Virus record (IMG/VR): IMGVR_UViG_3300049563_000036
Coordinates: 1-31,436 of that record
Reading direction: 5' to 3' (one strand)
Source of the DNA: a virus
Taxonomy: Duplodnaviria > Caudoviricetes
Length of the DNA: 31,436 nucleotides
This document shows, one piece after another, positions 24,467 to 31,436 of the stretch. Under the pieces are notes generated by a model that did not search any database, was not told the DNA's origin, and was given only the letters and a program-made list of their open reading frames with translations. Both the position numbers and the translations under genes were made by a program. The stretch's first letter is position 1. Every line of letters begins with the position of its first letter.

Positions 24467-26362
24467 CTACGCCGTGTAGGTCGCGACCGTGTACTGCACG
24501 ACGCCGGCGCGCGCCTTTTTCCAGTTGATAAACCGTTCCGCCCGGAGGCCGACGAGGTTCATCTGCCACAGGGACGTGAGCAGCGTCGTCGCGACCGGCG
24601 GATTGTCGAGCGTCGAATCCATCTGCAGCGACGCTTCGCGCGACACGTCGATCGTCACGCCACCGTCATCGGCATAGAGGATCTGGCTCGGTTGCACGAG
24701 CGCGACGGTCGTGCCGGCCGCCTGCGAGGTGACCGCCTTGTAACCCATGATCTGGCCGCCGCCTGGCCCCATGCCGGGAAACAGCATCTGGCCGAGCGGG
24801 TTGAGCGCGTTGGTCAACGCGAGCGCGTTCGTCTCCGACATGATGAGCACGGCACCCGCGGTCGGCAGGTTCAGCGCCGTCATGGCGTTGGCGAGCGCCT
24901 GAATGTCCGTCCGCGCATTGGCCGGGGTCGTGCCGGCCGACGTGATCGGCGTGACGCCGTTGGTGACCGAGCCGGGCGACACGCCCGCGACCGGCGCTTT
25001 CGCCGGGTTGATGAACTCGGAGTCGAGGAACGCCGAGATGCCGGCAATCATGTCGCGCCGGATGACTTCTTCGGCCGACGGGGTCGAGGTGCGCGCGAGC
25101 TCCTCGGTGATGACGATGATCCCGGCGCACTTGAGGATCGTCAGCGTGATCGTCCCGAACTGCAGCGTCCCGACCGGCTTGGGCGCGCCCTGACCGACCC
25201 ACTGATACGTGCCGCCGCCGGTCTGGCTGGCGACCGAGACGTTGAAGGGCACTTTGAAAAACGTGTCGATCTTGCCGAGGATCGTCGCGGGCCGCAGGAG
25301 CGCGAGAAAGTCCGACGTCAACGGCGTGATCGGCGCCAGCGGGCCGGCCCACGTGGCGTCGGTCGTCGTGCCGGCGGCCACGGCGGCCTTGAGCACGAGC
25401 TCCACCTCGGGGGTCGAGTCGTGCCACCGCTTCGCGTACTCGACCGCCTGCAACGTCGAGCCATGCGACACGGCGAGCGCCTGGCAGTACCGAATGAACG
25501 CGGTGCCCTGCGCCACGTTGCTCTTGACCGAGATCACCGGCACGGTGCCGCGCTGCCGGCTCGCGTCGTCGGACGTCGCCGCGGTGATCGGGATCGCTTT
25601 CGCGACATTCGTCGCCTCGAGGTCCCGGAGGCGCACGAGGTGCGCGTCGATTGCCTTGAGCTCGGCGGCGAGCCCGTCGTATTCGTCCGTCTCGGCCTGG
25701 TCGAGCGTCGCGCCGGCCTCGGCCGACTTGGTCATGATCGCGGTCATGCGATCGTGTTTGACGACGCGGCTGCTCTCGTAACTCGTGATCTGTTCACTGA
25801 TCGTTTTCTTGTCCATGGGCGGCGCGCCCTTGTCGACGCGCACGATCGGCAGGGGGTCCCTGTCGCGGGACGAATGAGGGCCAGACGCGGCCAGGTCAAG
25901 CGATTTGATCGAGGAAATCGTCGCGCCGGCGTGGGCCGGAATCGCGACGAGCGAGAGCTCGAGGATCTCGGTCTTGAGAAACCGCAGGCCGCCGGTCTCT
26001 TTGTTCAGGACATGGCCCATCGATCGGAACCCGATCGACACGCCGGCCAAGAGACCCGCCTTCACGCTCTGCCACGCCTCGTCGATGCGATCGCGGAGCG
26101 CCCCCGGCTCGGCCACCGTCGGAAACATCGCCGTAAAGGCGAGGCCGTCGACGGTCGGTGTCTGGAACGTGACCTGGCCGACGGGTTTTTTGGCGTCGTG
26201 GTACAGCAGCAGCGGCAGCGGGTTTTTGAAGGCGATACCGAGCGGTTCGACGACGTCGCCCATGCGATCGGGCTCGGGCGTCGAGGCAATGCCCGCGATC
26301 GTCCGCTGGTCGGTATCGACGGCTTTGATGTGGAGGACGGCGTACGCGCGCGTCAGCGGCAC
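24467..26362 (-). CDS. Fused prohead protease - major capsid protein (HK97 fold)
   Basis: Protease GIAST..PDR.GD.V, LL..H...P.G, SIGF, ELSLV.IPA; coiled-coil scaffold segment; capsid WVG.G..KP, LWQ.N.VG.RAE. Confidence 0.95.
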   Translation of the reverse strand: MPLTRAYAVLHIKAVDTDQRTIAGIASTPEPDRMGDVVEPLGIAFKNPLPLLLYHDAKKPVGQVTFQTPTVDGLAFTAMFPTVAEPGALRDRIDEAWQSVKAGLLAGVSIGFRSMGHVLNKETGGLRFLKTEILELSLVAIPAHAGATISSIKSLDLAASGPHSSRDRDPLPIVRVDKGAPPMDKKTISEQITSYESSRVVKHDRMTAIMTKSAEAGATLDQAETDEYDGLAAELKAIDAHLVRLRDLEATNVAKAIPITAATSDDASRQRGTVPVISVKSNVAQGTAFIRYCQALAVSHGSTLQAVEYAKRWHDSTPEVELVLKAAVAAGTTTDATWAGPLAPITPLTSDFLALLRPATILGKIDTFFKVPFNVSVASQTGGGTYQWVGQGAPKPVGTLQFGTITLTILKCAGIIVITEELARTSTPSAEEVIRRDMIAGISAFLDSEFINPAKAPVAGVSPGSVTNGVTPITSAGTTPANARTDIQALANAMTALNLPTAGAVLIMSETNALALTNALNPLGQMLFPGMGPGGGQIMGYKAVTSQAAGTTVALVQPSQILYADDGGVTIDVSREASLQMDSTLDNPPVATTLLTSLWQMNLVGLRAERFINWKKARAGVVQYTVATYTA

Positions 26363-26383
26363 GCGCCGTAGAATGCGGTCAGC

Positions 26384-26593
26384 TCAGCGTTTCTGCCGGT
26401 CAAAAACCCGCCGCTCGTGGTAGTCGGCGACGAATTCGTTGACGGCCTCGCGCAACAGGCCCGCGATCCCGGTGTGGTTGTCGCTGGCGACGCGCCGCAG
26501 TTCGAGCCGTTGCGCCGGGGTGACGCGGAGCTCCACGCGCGCCGTCGCGGGGACGTCGGCGATCGGCGGACGACCTGGCGGGCGTTTGCTCAT
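26384..26593 (-). CDS. Small ribbon-helix-helix-like DNA-binding protein
   Basis: GRPP...VELRVTPAQR.EL..VA......A.LLREAV. Confidence 0.7.
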   Translation of the reverse strand: MSKRPPGRPPIADVPATARVELRVTPAQRLELRRVASDNHTGIAGLLREAVNEFVADYHERRVFDRQKR

Positions 26594-26603
26594 GGTGTCC
26601 CGT

Positions 26604-28445
26604 TCATCCGAGGACGACCATGGAATAATTCGGCGGCGCCGGGCCCGGCGTCACCAGCGGCGCCAGCGCCTGCAGAATCGCGTCGATGCCATCGATCTTG
26701 TTCGGCGAGTCTTCGTGCTCTTTCCGCGGCCACAAACTGTCGTCCTGCCCGCGCGTGACCACGGTGTTGCTCGCCATCCACTTCAGACACGAGTTGCCAT
26801 CGTGCCGAAACCGGCGCTGGCGCAGGCGCGCCTCGAGCTCGCGCGCCGGCGCCGTCAGACTCTTGCGATCCTTGGTGAGGATCGCCGCCGGAATGCCGTC
26901 GTCGTGCAGGTTCGAGACCATGATCGGCGAATCCCACTGATCGAACCGCACCGCGACGACCTGAAAGATCCGGCACCACGCCCGGATGTCCGCTTCGATG
27001 CGCCGCTGATCGATAAAATCGCCGTCGGTCAGCTCGAGGACCCCGCTTTTCGCCCAGGTGAGATACTCCGGCACCGTGCGCGCCCGCGACGCGACCACGT
27101 CCCGCGGCAGATAGAACTTCACAAACGCATAGAGCACCTCGGCGCGCTCGAACAGCAGCGCGACGGCGGCAATGTCTTCGCGGCGGGCCAGATCGACCCC
27201 CATCCAGCACCGGGCGCCCGCAAACCCCTCGAGGCGCAGCGACGAATCGGCGCAGGCGTCCCACTCCGTCATCGACAGCCAGGTCCGCGCCGACTGTAAC
27301 CATTGCGAGCAAATCTTGACGCGAAATTCCCCCTCGAGTCCGGGCGTCTGTTGTGCGTCGTGGCAGTAGGCCGTCACCCACTCGAGCGTGGGCGTCACCC
27401 CGAGCATCGGGTTGGCCTTCACCCACACCCGCGCGTCGCGCCAGTCGTCGCCCTCGTCCAGCGTGTAAATGATCCCGAGGAAGTGATCCGCCTCGAACAC
27501 CTGGTGCAGCACCTTGGTGAGCGTCGTCCGCAGCGCGTAGCCCACCGAGAGCAAGTCGTAGCCGGCCGTCGTCGGGCAGAGCATCAGCGGATTGTCGCGT
27601 GCGCCCTGCGCGCTTTTCAGCACGTCATGCAGCCCGAACTTCTGTGCGTGCGACTCGTCGAGCACGATACAGCTCGGGTTCAACCCGTCCTGGGTCGACG
27701 CCTTCGCGTTCACCGGGCGGATCGTCCCGTCCGTCGTGATAATGGCGTTGGCCAGGGCCCGCGCGCCGAGCTGCCGCAGGATCGGCGACCGCTGCACCAT
27801 TTTCGCCGCGATGCCGAACACGATCCGCGCCTGGCTGCCCGTCGTCGCCCCACACACGACCGTCGCGCCGATTTCGCGCTCCTTCAACAAGTGAAACAGC
27901 GCGATCGCCGCCATCAGCGTCGACTTCGCCGCCTTCCGCCCGACCTCGAAATACACGAGCGTAAACCGCCGCCGGTTGAGGTTCACCCGGTGTCGCCATC
28001 CGAACAGCGCACACACGAGAAACACTTGACACGCCTCGAGCCGGATCGTCTCGGTGCGCCACCGGCCCTCGACGTGCGGCAGCTCCTCGACGAAGGCGCA
28101 CGCCTCGGCCGCGTGGGCGTCCGACCAGGTGAACGGCCAGGCCGCATCGGTCGCCGCCCGCACCGTGTCCCGGTCGTGGCGCTCACAGGCCAGCCGGACC
28201 CACTGGCAGGCCGTCTGCCGGCCGCTCAAGACGTCGGCCACGTACTGGCGCGCGACCGCCACGTAATCGCGTCCTGAGCCCGCCAGGACCCGTTCCCGAG
28301 CCTTCCGCGACCGCCGCCGGTCCCGGCGCCGATACGGGTCCAAATACCCGCGCCGGGCTTTCTCGGCGTCCGACACCCGCGGCCGGCCGAGCTTGGGCCG
28401 TTTGGGCGGTTTTTGGCCTGTTTTTGCGCGTTTAGTGGGCGACAA
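26604..28445 (-). CDS. terL: Terminase large subunit (start uncertain; TTG 28445 chosen)
   Basis: Walker A GRKAAKST, Walker B VLDESH, TTAG, W.KANP.LG, nuclease GVDLA, FDQW, KIDGIDA. Confidence 0.93.
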   Translation of the reverse strand: MSPTKRAKTGQKPPKRPKLGRPRVSDAEKARRGYLDPYRRRDRRRSRKARERVLAGSGRDYVAVARQYVADVLSGRQTACQWVRLACERHDRDTVRAATDAAWPFTWSDAHAAEACAFVEELPHVEGRWRTETIRLEACQVFLVCALFGWRHRVNLNRRRFTLVYFEVGRKAAKSTLMAAIALFHLLKEREIGATVVCGATTGSQARIVFGIAAKMVQRSPILRQLGARALANAIITTDGTIRPVNAKASTQDGLNPSCIVLDESHAQKFGLHDVLKSAQGARDNPLMLCPTTAGYDLLSVGYALRTTLTKVLHQVFEADHFLGIIYTLDEGDDWRDARVWVKANPMLGVTPTLEWVTAYCHDAQQTPGLEGEFRVKICSQWLQSARTWLSMTEWDACADSSLRLEGFAGARCWMGVDLARREDIAAVALLFERAEVLYAFVKFYLPRDVVASRARTVPEYLTWAKSGVLELTDGDFIDQRRIEADIRAWCRIFQVVAVRFDQWDSPIMVSNLHDDGIPAAILTKDRKSLTAPARELEARLRQRRFRHDGNSCLKWMASNTVVTRGQDDSLWPRKEHEDSPNKIDGIDAILQALAPLVTPGPAPPNYSMVVLG

Positions 28446-28491
28446 TTTCCGGCCCGGAGGGTTTCCCGACTTCGGCTGGCATGGTTCTTGG

Positions 28492-28794
28492 CTACCCCCC
28501 CGTCTCTCGATATCGGCGTCTAGCCTCGTCGGCGGTTTTGGCATTGTGGCATTCGACACACAAGGCTTGTGTGTTTTCCACACAATCGGGTCCGCCTTCC
28601 CAGAGGGGCACGATATGGTCGCGGACGGTCGCCACCTCGACCTGGCAGCGCACGCAAAACGGCTGCGCACGGGCCAGCTGGTAGCGGAGCTGCTGCAGGC
28701 GGCGGCCACGCGTGCGGGCCAGACGCGGGCCGCGATGCGCCTGGCAGCCTGGGCGGCCGCACGTGGTGCACGCACGCGGCGGGGCCATCGGCAT
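28492..28794 (-). CDS. Packaging-associated HNH endonuclease (HK97 gp74-like)
   Basis: C..C...DHIVPL..GG....N.QALC..CHN.KT; directly upstream of TerL. Confidence 0.9.
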   Translation of the reverse strand: MPMAPPRACTTCGRPGCQAHRGPRLARTRGRRLQQLRYQLARAQPFCVRCQVEVATVRDHIVPLWEGGPDCVENTQALCVECHNAKTADEARRRYRETGG

Positions 28795-29360
28795 TAGGCG
28801 GGTCCTTCCTGTTCGCTCCCGTGCGCCGCGTGGAATAGCGGCAGCTGCCGTAGATAGCGGTCCCATGCTCTCGATACCGCTCCGCTTCCGTGAAACAGAT
28901 CAACGAGTTCGTCTCCGGCACGCATCCCGAGCAGATCATCAAACAGCCATTGGCAAAAGGCGTCAGGCTTCATACCCTTCACGCCGTCCCGGCATTCGCC
29001 AGAGAAGACAGGAGGCATTGCGGCAACCCAATCGCGCCCGGTCCACTCATCGCGCGTCCGCTTCCGACCACCGCAGAAAATCACCGGCTCCCACGCATAG
29101 GCTGGCGTGACGTTGCGCTTCATTGCGACAAACGGCTTGACCCACACGCCGATGCGAACGCCATCCGGGCAATGCGCGAGAAGCCTTCGTAGCGTGCCAG
29201 AAGTGGCCGACAGCGCCCAACCGTCCGGATACTCCACAGAGAGACGCCCGATCAGAGCCGCGTGCGTGGCTTCGTCGTCCCAGCACAACCCGTCTGGATG
29301 GTGATGCTCATACATGCCGCAGCATCCAAGGTAAGGCGGGTCTGCGTAGGCGATCCTCAT
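28794..29360 (-). CDS. Orphan N6-A/N4-C DNA methyltransferase (beta-type motif order)
   Basis: N-terminal DPPY, C-terminal DLFHGSG, KP..F motif. Confidence 0.85.
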   Translation of the reverse strand: MRIAYADPPYLGCCGMYEHHHPDGLCWDDEATHAALIGRLSVEYPDGWALSATSGTLRRLLAHCPDGVRIGVWVKPFVAMKRNVTPAYAWEPVIFCGGRKRTRDEWTGRDWVAAMPPVFSGECRDGVKGMKPDAFCQWLFDDLLGMRAGDELVDLFHGSGAVSRAWDRYLRQLPLFHAAHGSEQEGPA

Positions 29361-29545
29361 TCGGCCTCTCTGCTCCCGTGCGCTGAACGCCAGCGAGAGA
29401 GCAGGGCTTCCAGTTCATCGGCACACCAATGTGCGGTTTGAAATGCTGTCAGTCCTGGCCATGCCCGCCGCGTCCGTAACTTCGCAATATGCGCCTCGAT
29501 CTCCAGTTCAAGCCGTTCCTCTGCCGTCAGGACGCCCTGAGTCAC
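29357..29545 (-). CDS. Small helical hypothetical protein
   Basis: GTGA and ATGA overlaps on both sides. Confidence 0.55.
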   Translation of the reverse strand: MTQGVLTAEERLELEIEAHIAKLRTRRAWPGLTAFQTAHWCADELEALLSRWRSAHGSREAE

Positions 29546-30528
29546 AGCCACGTCCCGTCGTCGTTCATGCCGCCGTTGCCGTAGCCCCAGAGGCGCGCGT
29601 CGGTGTGCTTCACGTTGTCGATCGTGCAGCACGCGTAGTACCCGCGCTGCGCGCCGTCGAGTTCGTTCGGATGCGCTGAACCGCTGCCCCACGGATGCCC
29701 GCTGAACTGGCGGATCGCCTGGTCCTCGCACAGCCGCATCTTGTGGAGGTTGCCCTGCTCGCCGAACGTCCACAGCGTATCGACCAGGCGCGCCTGGAGC
29801 TCGGGCACGTCCCACGACGCGTCGGCCTGGTAGTCGATCCCGTCGACGTCGGCGCCGAGATCCTCCCAGAACCCGAACCGGCCGCGCGGATCGCCGTCCG
29901 CGAACCACGATGTGACGTGCGGGTAGAAGTGCGCCCAGTTCGAGACGCCCTGCGCGTGCGCCGTTTGGCCGACCCACTTGAAAATGCTGACCGTCGTCTC
30001 ACCGGGCACGTTGAACGCGTCCCACTCGAATCCGGGGATGACTTCGTCGACGACCTTCGCCGCGAGCAGCGCCTCGAGCAGCGGGCCGACGCGATCCTGA
30101 TATTGCTGGAGCGTGGGATCGCGCGGGTCGAACACCTTCGACGTGAGACTCACGATCACGTAGGGCATCCCGAGTGTGTGCAGGAGGCCGCAGTCGTCAA
30201 CGAACTTCGCGATCGACGGATCGCCGCCATACTCGGGCCCGTCGTAGAGCGCGTTACTCGACCACCGCAGCCAGTGCGTGTACCCGCGCTCGCGCTGGCG
30301 ATCGACCATCGACGGCCACCACTGTGTGCGGTCGTACTTGTAGTCGAGCCCGGTGATGACTCTCGACGGAAATTCCGACGAGCCGCCGGACGGGCCGCCC
30401 GGCACAGCCGGCAGGCCGGGACACTCGACCGCCCAGAAGTCGCCGCGCAAGTAGTCGCGCGTCTGCGGCGGGACCCACGGCAGCGCGTGATCATAGGCGC
30501 CTGGAGGCGGCGGCGGGAACGTCCGCAC
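29542..30528 (-). CDS. Putative glycoside-hydrolase-like TIM-barrel domain, probably reached by -1 frameshift
   Basis: RGYTH, PGFEWD, GIDYQ and LCE spaced like clan GH-A; Trp/Asp-rich; Pro linker at the N-terminus; no clear RBS. Confidence 0.55.
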   Translation of the reverse strand: MRTFPPPPPGAYDHALPWVPPQTRDYLRGDFWAVECPGLPAVPGGPSGGSSEFPSRVITGLDYKYDRTQWWPSMVDRQRERGYTHWLRWSSNALYDGPEYGGDPSIAKFVDDCGLLHTLGMPYVIVSLTSKVFDPRDPTLQQYQDRVGPLLEALLAAKVVDEVIPGFEWDAFNVPGETTVSIFKWVGQTAHAQGVSNWAHFYPHVTSWFADGDPRGRFGFWEDLGADVDGIDYQADASWDVPELQARLVDTLWTFGEQGNLHKMRLCEDQAIRQFSGHPWGSGSAHPNELDGAQRGYYACCTIDNVKHTDARLWGYGNGGMNDDGTWL

Positions 30529-30551
30529 GAGGGCGGGCGGTTCCGGCCGCC

Positions 30552-30839
30552 TTACGCGAAAGGGATCAGGGTCACCGTCACCAGCACGTCAGTCGTGCCG
30601 TCGAACTGGACGGGTGCGCTGGTGCCATTTTGCGCGGTCGCCTGCACCATGATGGCGCCGCCGAGCGCCGGCCCGCTGTAGAAATTGACCTGGCCGTCGG
30701 GGCCGGTGCGGCGCGGGTTCGGATTGATCTCGACGCCGGGCTTGGCCCAGTCATGCGCGTCGAAGGTGTTGATCGTGACGAGGTGATCAGCGACGGGCGC
30801 GCCGCTGTGATCGTGGACGGCGACGTTGAGCGTGGCCAT
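30552..30839 (-). CDS. Ig/transthyretin-like (carboxypeptidase-regulatory-like) domain protein
   Basis: L.V.V.D..GAPV....V...TG.DG...F; AAAGGA RBS; ends ATC CCT TTC GCG TAA. Confidence 0.75.
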   Translation of the reverse strand: MATLNVAVHDHSGAPVADHLVTINTFDAHDWAKPGVEINPNPRRTGPDGQVNFYSGPALGGAIMVQATAQNGTSAPVQFDGTTDVLVTVTLIPFA

Positions 30840-31026
30840 GTGCGGGTCCTTTCGGGTTGGGATAGGTCCGAGGGGTCGTCGTCGCGCGGATCGCCTCGCG
30901 GCGCCAGTGCAGGAGATCGTGCGCGAGCTGCGCGAGCGCCTCGGAGCAGAGGCCCTGCTCGAGCTGCTCCACCATCTCGAGTGACAGGTCAACGCGATAC
31001 ATCGGCGGGTCGGCGCGCGTCGTCAT
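30787..31026 (-). CDS. Hypothetical protein
   Basis: ATGA-coupled; helical LEMVEQLEQG... Confidence 0.5.
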   Translation of the reverse strand: MTTRADPPMYRVDLSLEMVEQLEQGLCSEALAQLAHDLLHWRREAIRATTTPRTYPNPKGPAHGHAQRRRPRSQRRARR

Positions 31027-31232
31027 CGTCGCGGCCTCGTCGCCGACTGCCCGGCGCGTTGCACCCACATACGCGACGGCGTCACGGTTCCCGACAGTCG
31101 GCCGCGCGTCGCCCACGTCAACGCTTCGTCGAGCGTGTAGGCGTAATAGGCGACCGTCACGATCGACGGCGCCGTGTGACGTCCGAGGGGCGGTGCAAAG
31201 GCCATCACGCGATACGCGGCGCCGTGCTTCAT
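31023..31232 (-). CDS. Hypothetical protein
   Basis: ATGA-coupled on both sides. Confidence 0.5.
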   Translation of the reverse strand: MKHGAAYRVMAFAPPLGRHTAPSIVTVAYYAYTLDEALTWATRGRLSGTVTPSRMWVQRAGQSATRPRR

Positions 31233-31354
31233 GCGCGGCACCTGGCGCAGAGCCAGCGATAGGCGTAGACGTCGCGCACGCACGTGAGGACGAGCGCGAG
31301 GTCGCCGCGGTGGCCGCACAGGTGACAGACGCGCGGACGTCGGTCCTGTCTCAT
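31229..31354 (-). CDS. 41-aa Zn-finger protein; not in the ORF track
   Basis: MRQDRRPRVCHLCGHRGDLALVLTCVRDVYAYRWLCARCRA; ATGA overlaps at both ends. Confidence 0.65.
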   Translation of the reverse strand: MRQDRRPRVCHLCGHRGDLALVLTCVRDVYAYRWLCARCRA

Positions 31355-31436
31355 CGCCGGCGCCGCCAGTCCTTCGCGTCCGGGCACGTCTCGAAGTGCG
31401 TGGGGCTCGTCGCGGTGTCGAGCAGATCGAGTGCGC
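31310..31436 (+). repeat. Terminal direct repeat, right copy
   Basis: gtggccgcac...gagtgcgc identical to 1-127. Confidence 0.95.

Larger units (their letters stand above)
1..31436. mobile_element. Complete circular temperate phage genome (HK97-fold head, non-contractile tail), excised/attP form, unit length 31,309 bp
   Basis: 127-bp terminal repeat; TerL, protease-capsid, portal, neck, tail tube, chaperones, tape measure, integrase, intact attP and a divergent repressor pair are present; no sheath or host genes seen. Confidence 0.95.

Noticed and set aside
24464-24530. -1 frameshift extending the capsid into the next ORF at TGG AAA AAG
   Set aside because: Imperfect heptamer, it would replace the conserved capsid C-terminus, and the next gene has a suitable ATG
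28446-28775. Long N-terminal extension of TerL as given in the ORF track
   Set aside because: Overlaps most of the HNH gene in another frame; low-complexity sequence with no RBS
1-31436. Specific host assignment (e.g. Acidobacteriota or another high-GC soil bacterium)
   Set aside because: Impression only; it needs an attP or CRISPR-spacer search

Overview
The window is most likely a complete, circularised ~31.3-kb high-GC temperate siphovirus. Bases 1-127 are repeated exactly at 31310-31436, and the genes run in frame across the join. Nearly all lytic genes are on the minus strand, read downward from a Cro-like HTH at ~4537: AlpA/Xis-like, wHTH, Redbeta-like annealase, a split replication initiator with an 11-bp-periodic iteron origin, and small Zn-finger and membrane genes. 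Across the join come an Ig-like/glycoside-hydrolase-like pair, an N6/N4 DNA methyltransferase, HNH, TerL, fused protease-major capsid, portal, neck, tail tube, G/GT chaperones, tape measure, a 1140-aa tail-tip protein, an S74-chaperoned fibre and accessory genes. The plus strand (4647-9879) holds the lysogeny region: a CI-like repressor, then a four-gene, ATGA-coupled operon with its own promoter and lower GC. That operon is an HNH-SF2 helicase fusion, an unknown 260-aa protein, a small HTH and a tyrosine integrase. It is followed by an intact attP (3' half of tRNA-Cys with arm repeats on both sides). Main points of interest: (1) the HNH-helicase operon coupled to the integrase, a candidate undescribed prophage defence or recombination system; (2) nested 'matryoshka' split domains in the tail-tip protein; (3) up to three -1 ribosomal frameshift sites, including an unannotated one fusing an Ig-like domain to a GH-like enzyme at the lysis position; (4) no recognisable small terminase, endolysin or Exo. 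All family assignments are from motif recognition by eye; no database searches were run.
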